Translations under genes and position numbers: made by a program
From: Chara braunii
Taxonomy: Eukaryota > Plantae > Charophyceae
Direction of reading: 5' to 3'
Length of the DNA: 64,000 bases
Assembly: GCA_003427395.1 (NCBI GenBank)
Contig: BFEA01000034.1
Location: 1,269,927 to 1,333,926, forward strand
Notes under the pieces: model-generated
Databases searched by the model: none
What the model was told of the DNA's origin: nothing
What the model saw: only the letters and a program-made list of their open reading frames with translations
Shown: one piece after another, positions 51,481 to 63,100 of the stretch
Layout: each line of letters opens with the position of its first letter
Numbering within the stretch: the stretch's first letter is position 1

Positions 51481-52100
51481 TTTATCGCCCTGCAAAAGGC
51501 ATAAAGTATATTAATAATCAAATTATCTTATTGATAATTTAACAATCACTGAAACAATTTCAGGTCTGACTTGCAAGAATAATGCTTAACCATCAAATTA
51601 ACTTATTCGGATACCGTTTCATNNNNNNNNNNNNNNNNNNNNNNNNNNNNNNNNNNNNNNNNNNNNNNNNNNNNNNNNNNNNNNNNNNNNNNNNNNNNNN
51701 NNNNNNNATCACTGAAACAATTTCAGGTCTGACTTGTAAGAATAATGCTTAACCATCAAATTAACTTATTCGGATACCGTTTCATCAATGAAAATATGCC
51801 ATAGATGTTCAATTATCTATCAATGAGATTTACAAATTACTGTGAACGAGAGTTACAATAATAGTTCTTAGAACTAAAAGTTATTATTAAAATGACTTTG
51901 AAGTTACACTTTCTTTGCGAGTTTGAGATAAAAGTTAGTACCAGATGCACCACAATAAAGAGTACAAGAAAGAATTACCCTTCTTTTCCTTATAGAGGTC
52001 AGAGTTACTAACCTTTCTCTTAGCCAAGTAAAGAAAGTATAATTTTTACATCATCCAATCCCGAGTATCGTTCCACCAGGGACAACGGTAGTTTGTCGTT

Positions 52101-52119
52101 ATCCCCGGCAACGGCGCCA
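52101..52119 (-). promoter_or_regulatory. Primer-binding site complementary to the 3' end of plant tRNA-Asp
   Basis: The minus strand reads TGGCGCCGTTGCCGGGGAT, 2 nt after the LTR CA. This is the PBS type known from Athila-like elements. Confidence 0.92.
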
Positions 52120-52121
52120 CC

Positions 52122-55100
52122 TGTGAAGCGCATCGGTCCCCGCGCGAGCACGAGGGCCCTCCGGGCCATTTCACGCAGGAGATAAACAAAATAAAACCTA
52201 GAGACAAATCAGGAAGGACGCCTAACTAATCCCGCAAGCCGCCGAGACGGTCGTGGCCGCGTCGTCCCGTCGCCGCTGTGGCCGGGTGTGCCAGCTATAC
52301 ATCCCGCAATCCCCTACGACAGGAAAGGTTTTCGCGGGGCATAAGCTTGCATCCCTAAGGGGCTGTCACCACCCTTTGAGGCGTATCCCTACTGAGCTAC
52401 TGACCCACGTGCGAAAGCTTTCATATGCAATTGCAGAGGTAGGTCAGCCGAGGGCGTTTGCTCGATTGATAAATACGTTTGGTTGGCGCCAAGTGGACCC
52501 GATCGCCGTCCGTTCCTAGGGCGCTGATCTCATAGGTACGAAGCGGGACGTTGGTCGACTATGACGGTCTCAACCAAGCGTGAAACCCAAATTAATCCTA
52601 GTCCCTTTAGACATATAGCCAAATGAAATTATAACATTCACAGTCAATTACATCAAAAGAAAATCGAACGTCGTCGACAGAAATATCCAATATGATATGA
52701 TAACTAAAGTATTCGAATCACCACACAATACATCCAATAACACAAGATCGAAATAAAATCCGACCATCTCAGGTCGAAGACCACAAAGCAATCATACAAC
52801 CGCCAACAAGGAGTTGGTCACCGACAATAACATAGATTCAGCCGACAAGGTAGTCGGCTGCCTTAGTCTTGACTTGACGAGACGCGTTGTCAAAGTCTTT
52901 CATTCCAACCTACTTGCGACCGGAACCTCGACGCACATACATGCCTTCGTCCGTTTTCAATCTTTTCGGATGACAAGCTACTTTGCGATTGATTCTTGAT
53001 CAGGGGCATTGCTTGACGTGTTGCATGCCTCTTCCTCTAGGAAGTGGTTTGGGTTACTCCTCCTCCTCGTCGAAACACAAGACTCGGATCTCAAAAGTCG
53101 GGCCGTCTCCACCGAATCGACAAGTACCCCCCCCGTAGAACGGTCCACTCTGGGTCGATAACAGGGTTGGCTCCTGAAGCAACGAACCCCCGCCCCAGAT
53201 GCTTCCTAGAGATAGTGGATGTGTCCACCGCAAGTAGTTTTCATATATTTTTTTATTTCTCCTAAGTCGCGGGGGTAACTTAGACGAAAAAAAATTAGAA
53301 GAGATAAAGAAAATGAGAATCATTTAGACAGGTACAGGTAGATAAGGTCGTTCGGGATAGAATGGGTCAATCCTTGGGAAAAGTTAAATCCGTTTGACCT
53401 TATCTGCTTTATTGCAATAGAATCCATTCTTCGACACACGTTGAATAACATTTTTCCAAAACAACAAGCTTTTCTTGACAAGCATGCAGGTGAAAGGTAG
53501 AAAAAAAACAATCCATTCCGTCATCTCAAAGAGGCATAATCAATCTCCTTTGTAAGCATCCCTCTACCTACCTGCACAAACGGCAAAGGAAACACGTTCG
53601 AAAGAAAACAGTACAATCCCATACTCGAGTTAGTCTTTTCCATTCACATGCATGACTTGCACAACTTTCCTCTACCTTTTCTTTTGAATATTCAAAACGA
53701 ACAGGGGCAAGCAAAGTGCAGGTCGACACAGGCATGAAAGGAAGTCAGAGTCATTCAACTGACCTTGAGTGAAGTTGAATGGTACACTCAAGAAGACCGT
53801 ATAAAATCACTCCCTTTGACTCGCCGGTAGTCCTCCCCAGTCGTCAACAAAGTGATCCAAACCACTCTCTTGCTGCGATCACCTGCCACAACACCCCCTT
53901 ACTTATTTTTCAGTAAGTATCGTCGCCACTAGCTTCCACTGTGACAGCGTCACCGCGCCGTCAAGTCCACACTGCCTCAAGATACCCCACTCTAGTGGCA
54001 CCTTCCCTGCACAAAGGCCCAACTGCCGCTCAATGTAAAATTATTGTCGTCACCGCCATAAACCCTGTGCCGACATTGCGAAATTTTTCAACAACGCTTC
54101 CGCACTGCCGCTGTAAAGCCTGGTGCCGTCGCCGTAAAATTTTTGCAGTGCTTCCACACCACCTGGGTTAAGCTTGTGTCGCCGCCGCAAAAGTTTGGCA
54201 GCACCACCGTATCATCGCCGTAAAAGCATGCGTCTCCGCTGCAAAAGTTCGGCAGCACTTCCGTACCACCGCCGTAAAAGCCTGCGTCGCCGCCGCAAAA
54301 GTTCGGCAGCATTTTCGTACCACCGCCGTAAAAGCCTGCGTCGCTGTTGCGAAAGTTCGGCACCACTTCCGTACCACCGCCNACCACCGCCGTAAAAGCC
54401 TGCGTCGCCGCCGCAAAAGTTCGGCAGCACTTCCGTACCACCGCCGTAAAAGCCTGCGTCGTAGCCGCAAAAGTTTGGCAGCACTTCCATACCACCACCG
54501 TAAAAGCTTGCGTCGCCGCCGCAAAAGTTCGACAACACTTCCGTACCACCGTAAAAGCCTGCATCGCTGCCGCAGTTGCCGCATAAAGTAGCAATGCCTC
54601 CCCCACGACCGTCGTTATGACTGTGGCTATAGCCAGCAGCACCTCCACCCTTGCTGAGATGGTGGCTATGGGAGCCTCCTATCTGAGCCTCTGTTGCAGA
54701 CCTCCACTTTCCTCCTCCAGGCAGCACTTCCTCTAGCAGCAACAGCTCCCACCGACAACTCCTCCACGCCCCTCCTAGTTGTGCTTAGCTGCTCCTGGAT
54801 CTCAGTCCACTCCTAATCTCCTGAGTGTCATGTATCAAGCCTTAGGTCTCACTACGCGCCCATAGCCTCATATGCTATGTCAAGCTGCTGCTCCGCTGTG
54901 CCTTTGCTTGGGTCCACGCCTTCCTAATATAGTCGTGGAGGTGGGGCACTCACATCACTTTAGTTATGGGTCCATATGTGCCTGTATCTGCCTTCACTCG
55001 AGCTGCTGAATCCCGAAATTACTCTGTGACTGCCACTTGTCACTTCTCCTTGCTTCCTCTGCTGTCACTGTGGAATTAGAGTTGTTGTGACCCATAACTT

Positions 55101-56997
55101 TCATTGTCCAGCTTGCTTCGCCTTGTGTATATGTATACATGTCCCTCTGCAGGCTTTTACATCCTGTGATGATGGCTTCAAGCTGTCTCATCGGGCTCTG
55201 GACCAAAGTTCCGGAGCAATTTCTCATTAAAAATGGGGGCAAGCTCAGTCCGCATGGGTTTGAGCCCAAACAATTGTCATAGGGCTTCAATACAAGGCAG
55301 ATAAGTCAAGCCCTTTGCTATCTGGAGGGCTGCCAATTCGAAGGCTTCAAAGCCTTGAAGCCTCAGTCTTCTGCTGAAGGCAAGAGTCACAGCCAGACCT
55401 TAAAAAGGCTTGAGCTGCACTCTCTTGCTGTGATTATGGGTTGATGATTTCCCAGCCATGGTCTTTCTCTACGTTTGTTTTTTCCACCGTGGTCTCCCAC
55501 ATTAAAAATAGGCAGCCAAATGGCTTCCCTAACTCCTGGACAGCCATTGGCTGCCTTTTTTCTGTCTGGCACCCGTTCTGAGGGGTGCCAGCTCAGTGCT
55601 AAGATTGGGGGGGTAAGAACAACTCGTGATAATCACGAGCTAAAATCTCGATAGGCTCAGAGCGGGATGCAAAAATTACCAAGACTCTGGCGATTTTTAA
55701 TTAAAATTTCGTCAAATAAAAAAATCTAAAAAATTTCACGCGCGTTGTATAGGTGCCCACCTACTCAGAGAATTTTTTTCAGAGCCAACAAAAATCATTT
55801 ACGTCACCAAAAAAATATAGGCGCAAACTGCAAAATACAGATTTTCTCAAAATTTTGATCCACTTTTTCATTTTCTTCTTTTTTTTCTTTTTCTTTTTTT
55901 TTTCCCTTTTTATCCATTGGCCTAACAACGCCCTTTCGAAGGTTGTGGCTCCAAGCCAAGCCATGAACTGTTGAAATGTAGACCAGAGTCCAAATCCAAA
56001 TGGATTCAGGGCATAGTGGGGCTGTGCAACCTCACGAAAAATGGCCCTCACCACCCTACTCACCAGATGTGCAACATGAAAACGAGTATCCCTCTTTCCC
56101 ACGGGAAGAAGCAGTGCCTCGTTAAGCCGAGAGGCTGTTGCTATTTCACATTTCAAGAAACAAAAAAATCATGTCATCCTTGCGTAGGTCATGCTACTCT
56201 TTGCGCGGCTATTTTTCAGCTGTGCGATTTTATCGATCGCACGACCGAAAATGATCGCGCCATAAAGTTGGGCTGCTCCAAAAGGAAGGAGCTAGCCCAG
56301 TGGGCCTATTGGCTTCGATCCCCACATCTGCGGTGTATCAAGCTGGTACTTTACCTACTGGGCTAGCTCCTATTTCACATCAGGATAGGAGCAGGCCTCA
56401 TATATGAAAGGCTATAATGCCCAGTAGGCAATCTATCTACGGCCTTGCAGGCCTTGCCTGCATGAGGCCTGCAAAACCTGCCTACCTGTAGCCTAGCAGG
56501 CCTATCTTGCTTGTGGCCTTGCAGGCTTCACCGGCTGGTGGCCTAGCAGGTTCTGCCTATTGCCGCTTCCTCGTGGATGGCAACCCATCCATGGCTCCGG
56601 GGCCACCCATCGGGTAGGCCTCGGCATAGGCCTGTTGGCCCTCCCCTTGGCTCGAGGTCAACTCGGCGGCCCTTCCTATTCCTCTCGCGCCGCGATCCTA
56701 TACCCGGCGCATCCTTCTTTCTAGCCTACTTAGGCCCTGAATCGCGCGGCTGCCAATAGGTCTAACTTTAGCGTTCCCATGTCCGCGAAACATTGGCATT
56801 CACATCCGTTATTCTCGGACGCTACATGCGTCCGGACTAAAGCTCGAAAACTTTTAGTTCCTTAGTCATGGGTCAGGTCTGAATAAACTTTTGGCAAACG
56901 TCGGTCTCATCAAGTCTTTTAACCGAACGAAAAGTCGGACAACATTCGACGTTTAAAATCCCCGGCAAATACCCTTGTCAGGGTATTTGCCCCGACA
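52122..56997 (-). repeat. 5' LTR (4876 bp)
   Basis: TG...CA termini, adjacent to the PBS. Confidence 0.9.
54050..54585 (+). repeat. 54-bp minisatellite within the LTR, about 9 copies
   Basis: Unit CCGCCGTAAAAGCCTGCGTCGCCGCCGCAAAAGTTCGGCAGCACTTCCGTACCA. Confidence 0.92.
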
Positions 56998-57001
56998 ACG
57001 T

Positions 57002-57237
57002 AGATAGGCTAGATAGGCTGAGTAGGATAGGCTGGGCGCAGATAGTAAGTGCGACATTGCGTACAGTGCTGGTTTGACCAGAGAGTGGCAACGTTGATAT
57101 TTGAGTTCGTTGAATTGCTCTTCTTTGGACGGTATCTTGGTGCGTTGCACTCTGTACTTGGTTCATGACTATCTGAGCTTATTCGTGATTTTGCAACTTG
57201 GATTTTTGTCTATCGCTCTTGCTCATATTCCTTGCAA
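57002..57237 (+). repeat. Remainder of the probable Gypsy-3 3' LTR
   Basis: Homologous to 29523-29765. Confidence 0.65.
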
Positions 57238-58759
57238 CTGGGAACCGGACGGACCCTTCGTACCCCAGGACCAACCTCCGCCAGGAACACGAGTTTCCTA
57301 GTGGGCACCACCGATAGTTGAAGTGAGGCTTTCCCGATGTTGATTTTGCCATATACACATCTGATTGTGCTCCCCTGGTCCGCGGCGCACCGACCCCCGC
57401 CCCCGGACCCCGGCACCACCACCATCGACCCCCGCCCCTGGCACCAGCGCCCCCGGAGTGACCCGCGCCCTCGGAGTGACTCGCGCCCCCGGAGTGACCC
57501 CGCCCCGCCCCCCCCCCCCCCCAACCCAGGCCCGTATGCGATTCCCCCCCCCCCCGACCCGCAACCACCCAGAAATTGGGAAAAATGGAGTTTGGCCCAA
57601 AAGACCTGCGGTGGCGCTGCGCACCCGACCAAGTTTTCCTTTTTCTTTTTTTGTTTGTTTCAACCCCTCTCCCCCCGGGGTTGAGGGTCCCACCCCCGGC
57701 GGCCCTGCACCCTGCCGGTGATCAGGTGTCGGGGGGTGACAACCTTGAATCATGGCCATGATCGTCAATCGCCATCTTCTACCCTCTTGCTTCCCTTCTC
57801 TTCCCTCCGTCATTCTCGCCCATCTAATCCCTGCATCCTCAGACCACCATGATGATCATTGTGATCCCTGGATCCTCTGTCCTCCTGCTCTACTATTCTC
57901 GCGTATTGCAACATCCCCCCCCCCCCCGTTTTCCCCCTTCTCTCTCTCTCTCTCTCAATACACACGCCATCGTCTTCATCATTATCATCGTCATCACCGG
58001 TGACCCATTCTTCTCCCACCGGTGACCCATTCTTCTCCCAATTGCATCGCAGCGACGTGTCAATCACATGCTGCCTCTTGTCTGCAATCAATTCGTATGT
58101 TGAGAAAGGGAAAATGAGTTGAAATGAAAAGGAAAAAAGGAAGGGGAAAAAAGGGGAATTGAGTATCTGCAACATCAGGTGGAGGAGGCCATAGCCATTG
58201 ATTGGTCAATGATTATGATTGATAAATGAATTGTAGTTGATCGTCGATCTCAGATCAGCCATTGGTCGGCGCTCAACCATCAAGAATGGCCATGGATTCG
58301 GGATGAGTCATTTGATTAGCCATGTATATATAGACATAGATATAGATATGTACATATATATATATCGGGCAGCTCTGTTTGGCTATATATTGCACAACTT
58401 CGTTAGCACCCTGCTACGTTTTTCTCCGGTCAGTTTGAGCGGCAGTGGTCGGGGCCGTCGCCACGCGGCCATGCTGTGCCTCTACACTAGTGGTGTGCCC
58501 GGAGTGTATTTTTTGGATGTGACAGACGTTTGTTTAGGGGTGTTTTGCTTGCTTGTGATTGGGTGTGAACCGACAGTCTGTAGAGTTTTCCATTTGGTGT
58601 GGGTGAGTGATAGTCTGCTTTGATTTTCGTCACCAGGTACCTTGAGGGCAGTGGTCGGTGCGCACCTCAGGGTATCAATTGTCGGGCACTCGTTGATGCT
58701 TAACCAAAGTCGGGGTTAAGGTGGATTATCACTTGCAGTGTAATCAGTTAGGGGATTCT

Positions 58760-58819
58760 GCAGACTGTTGAGGGTTCAGCCTCCTGATGAGTCGGTGAAA
58801 CTTTGACGAAACAGTTTGT
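58760..58819 (+). ncRNA. Type III hammerhead ribozyme
   Basis: Stem III GCAGACTGT/ACAGTTTGT, GUU triplet ending 58769, stem I GAGG/CCTC, CTGATGA at 58784-58790, stem II GTCGG/TTGAC and GAAA at 58808-58811. Confidence 0.88.
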
Positions 58820-58952
58820 CACAACCCCTCGTTTGTTGTCCTCTTCTCCCTCTCTGCCTGCGGTGTATCAGTTGTCGGGCAGTTGTTGATGCTTAACCAC
58901 AGTCGGGGTTAAGGTGGATTATGACTTACAGTGTACTCAGTTAGGGGATTCT

Positions 58953-59012
58953 GGAGACTGTTGAGGGTTCAGCCTCCTGATGAGTCGATCAAACTCCGAC
59001 AAAACAGTTTGT
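58953..59012 (+). ncRNA. Second type III hammerhead, core mutated (GAAA to AAAA)
   Basis: Same fold, with CTGATGA at 58977-58983. Confidence 0.8.
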
Positions 59013-59719
59013 CATAGCCACTCGTTTGTTATCCTCTTCTTCATCTCTGCCCACAGTTTAGCGGGCAACTCTGTTTGACGATATATACGACGAAACAGTT
59101 TGTCACAGCCCCTCGTTTGTTGTCCTCTTCTCCCTCTCTGCCTACGGTTTACCGGGCAGTTCTNNNNNNNNNNNNNNNNNNNNNNNNNNNNNNNNNNNNN
59201 NNNNNNNNNNNNNNNNNNNNNNNNNNNNNNNNNNNNNNNNNNNNNNNNNNNNNNNNNNNNNNNNNNNNNNNNNNNNNNNNNNNNNNNNNNNNNNNNNNNN
59301 NNNNNNNNNNNNNNNNNNNNNNNNNNNNNNNNNNNNNNNNNNNNNNNNNNNNNNNNNNNNNNNNNNNNNNNNNNNNNNNNNNNNNNNNNNNNNNNNNNNN
59401 NNNNNNNNNNNNNNNNNNNNNNNNNNNNNNNNNNNNNNNNNNNNNNNNNNNNNNNNNNNNNNNNNNNNNNNNNNNNNNNNNNNNNNNNNNNNNNNNNNNN
59501 NNNNNNNNNNNNNNNNNNNNNNNNNNNNNNNNNNNNNNNNNNNNNNNNNNNNNNNNNNNNNNNNNNNNNNNNNNNNNNNNNNNNNNNNNNNNNNNNNNNN
59601 NNNNNNNNNNNNNNNNNNNNNNNNNNNNNNNNNNNNNNNNNNNNNNNNNNNNNNNNNNNGATATATATATATATATAAAGGTATAGAGATGGATAATATA
59701 ATTATGAAAATGATAATGA

Positions 59720-60143
59720 TAATAATATGGGTTAAGTCGACGTACGGCCCAGACGGACCGGGCCAGACGAACAGGGGGGGGTCCGTCCGGCAAAACCAGA
59801 CGAGCCAAAAAACATCCCAAGATTTTTTATTTTTTTTATTTTTAAGATGGGGTTGGAGTGCGCTTAGTGAGAGGAGCCCGAATCCGCAAAGAAACTTGTG
59901 AAAGTCATGTGCAGTGGGGGGAGTGGGGGTGGGTGGGGGGGGGGGGGGGGGAGGGGGGGATTTGTCAAGGGGGTAAAAGGTTGTGTTGTAGCAGCTAGTC
60001 CGCTGAGGGGACTGGCTATTGACAGTACAAGAAGAAGAAGAAGAAGAGGAAGAAGAAAGGAGCAGACTGAAAAAAAAAAAAAAAACAGGCATTTGACCAC
60101 TCACGCAAACGAAGTCATATGGCGGGAGATTTGAGTGTCAAAG

Positions 60144-60186
<43 letters not shown>

Positions 60187-63100
60187 GACACAAGTGTCAA
60201 AGTCTCTCTCTCTCTCTCTCAGACACACACACAGTGTCACACACTTGTGGACATGCTGATCTCATTCGGAATCAGCGTCGCAGCCCTCATCCTCAGATGG
60301 TTGTTCGCTGCAGTCAACTGATTTCGGGTCATCCTCCACGACCGTCTTGCGCTTGAGGCGCTGTTTCTTTTTTTTAACCGGTGTAGTGGCCGTGTCGGTC
60401 TTCTGCTTTCGCGGTCTTCCACGAGGACGTTTTGGCTGTGCAGGAGCGTCCTGTGATGGCTCCTTTCTCTTCCTGCCCACTCGGTTCACCCATAGGTTGT
60501 CATGCTGGACATCCTCCCTCATTGCGGGGAATTCCGGTATCTTCTCCTCGGACTCCGGAAACTCCGCTGGCCGGGGCCTGCGTGTGTAGACTGCTGTCGT
60601 TGTGGGATGGGGCTCGTCTTCGCGGGCCGTATCGACCTCGCCGTGCTGCATCTTCGGTTGCGCCAATCCTTCCCCCTCCTCTTCCTGCTGCATTTCCTCT
60701 TCCTCCCCGCCTTGCACCGTGCCTTCCTCTTCTTCTTGGTGCTCCATCTCCTCTTCCTCCTGTGGTTGCGCCATGCCCTCTGCCTCTTCTTCCTGTTCCA
60801 TGTAATCTCCCACCTCAGCCTGGTGCTCCTCCTCTTCTCCTTCTTCCTCAACCCCCAATGCCTGATTGATCTGCTGTTGGTGCTCCTTGGCTTGTTTGAG
60901 ACCTCTCTCGATCTCTCTCCGAGTCTGGATAGGTGCACGACGGGCCTCCTCCTCCATCATACGTTTGTTGACGAGTTCGGTCTCCCGGTTAGCCATAGCC
61001 TTGGCACGGTTCGCATCCTCATCTTCGTCCACCCTCGTTTCCAGCAACATCTCAACATCCGTGTCTAGCCGTGCGAACTCGACATCAGATTGCGGATTGT
61101 ACAGTGCAGTTTCCCTTACCCCGGGCTCCGTCGCTGTCGGGCGTGGCTCTTCTCTGCGTTGTCGTCCGGTCCGCCTCCTTCCGACGTACGTCGTGCCTGG
61201 GACGGACGTCTCTGGTCGTAGCTCGAAATCGGAGTCATCGTCGTCATCCTCTTCGCTGCCACATGAGTCCTCCGATAATCCACACTTCCCCTTCCACAAC
61301 TCGTCATCCAAATCACTGTCATCCGTGAGCTCTTTGTCCTTGTCCTCGAGATTTTTTGGAACCCTTCCCTTCGGAGTCTTTGTGAGCCTCCGTTCCCGTA
61401 CAAGTTCCTCCTCTGTCTTCTCAGCCTCATCCTCGGGCCCCTTCGACACCGATCCATCGTTCTCTTCAGGCTCCGGGGCGGGCTCGACGAAGTCACACCA
61501 CAAGTCCACAAATCCGTTGTTCTTAGTCTTTGGAACATGCAACGCAATAGCTGCATGTTTCAGTGTATGTACACTAGCTTCGCCAAGCTTTCTGGCGACA
61601 ACTTGTTCCTTGGTTTGGAATGGATGAAGTCCATGGAAGCCCAGTTCCTCTCCGCCGGCGATGCGGTGCTCCACATGCCCATAACCTTGATTGCAATCTT
61701 CTGCAATTCGGGCACATCGCCCCCGTGTGCTGCCCACCATTCCGACGGTGTCTTCTTGTCAACATCTGCCTTCGCTGTGGGGTCCCACATCTTCGTGTCA
61801 TTCCTTTTCGGGGCGTTCCTTGTAGGTTTGTTGTGGAACTCGTTCAGGTCACTCCAAATGTCAAGGTGCGCTTGCCCTTTCCATTCACCTCCAACCTGCC
61901 TCGAGAGAAAGCGCATGGCATTTGCACAAGCGCACTGTCTTGGTCATGCAACCACCTCGGTTCTCTCCTGCGCGGGTCCAAAAGAAACGCTGCTGTGTGG
62001 ACGGGCTGCCGCATCATCTTCATGCGTTCTTTGACTTTCTCCATCACACTCGCCCGCTGTTCCACCGTAAGAACAACATGGCTAAGCTTCCTCTCTATCA
62101 TGTCGTCATACTCGACAAGGTTTGTAGGACCGGTACCGTCCTGATCCATCCGCCTCAAGAGGCCGAACACGGGCTCCATCACCTCAACCACCTTGTTCAA
62201 CCCCGTCCACCAATCATCACTCCTCAATGTGAAGTACACTAGATCCGATCTGGCCCTCAACTTCGACGTGGACCATCGGATTGCATTCCACTTTACTGCA
62301 TTCCGACCGTTGACCATGTCCTTCAACACCGCCCTCCTGTCGTATATCCTCTCCAACATTTGGTAGACTGACCCGAAGCGCACCTCCGTGGGTCGAAGAA
62401 GAGACAGCGAATCGTCCACTGTCATCATCAGACTGTTTGTGCTGTGGTGATTTGTGATGAACTTGATGATTGTGTGGCCCCTCTTAACGGTGTGCTTCAC
62501 CCAATCGAGTTTGCTGAGGTCGCGCAAGAGAAGGCTGTAGCAATGTGCAGCGCAAGGAACCCACGAAATCCTTGCTACCTCCTTGTCCGTTCGTCACTCC
62601 AGGATCTGAGCCGCCCTTTTGTTGACCTCCGCGTTGTCAGTGCAGATCGCATTGATTTGACGCAGTCCGATTTCCGTCATGATCTGCGCCCAAAGTTTCG
62701 TCAATGCAGGTCCGGTCTTCTTCCTCCCGGACATTGACAACGTCGCCACCAGAACCGCCCCATCCACCCCAGCTGCCAAGAAGTTCATCACGGGCCGCTC
62801 CCGACGATCGCTCGATCCGTCTGTGATGAAAGTACACCCGCTCACATCCCAACAAGTAGTCAACGGCTCCACCGTCTTCTGCACTCGCATGTACACAATG
62901 TCCAACATGACGGTCCTCATGTGGTTGAAGGAGGGCAGTTTCACCTACGGTCTTGACTTTGCCACCTGCAGGTACACTTAGTGGAGTTTCTGGGTGGTTT
63001 CGAAGTGCAGGAAGTTGAACGGGATCCCAGCACGAAACATGGCCTCCACCCATGCAATGTCGAGTTTCTTCTGCGCATCGTTGTCCACCCACCTCCTTAT

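Larger units (their letters stand above)
45658..56997 (-). mobile_element. Non-autonomous gag-only LTR retrotransposon (11340 bp)
   Basis: Two homologous LTRs, a tRNA-Asp PBS, a gag ORF and no pol motifs. ACGT lies on both sides (45654-45657 and 56998-57001). Confidence 0.9.
58680..59163 (+). repeat. 193-bp tandem repeat (2 full copies plus a partial one) carrying hammerhead motifs
   Basis: TGTCGGGCA...TTGATGCTTAACCA...CCTCTCTGCC is repeated and runs into an N gap. Confidence 0.9.

Noticed and set aside
51546-51785. ~78-bp direct repeat flanking an N gap
   Set aside because: Probably the same assembly artefact.
54088-54742. Repeat-protein ORFs
   Set aside because: The 54-bp unit is open in several frames, and there is no evidence of coding.
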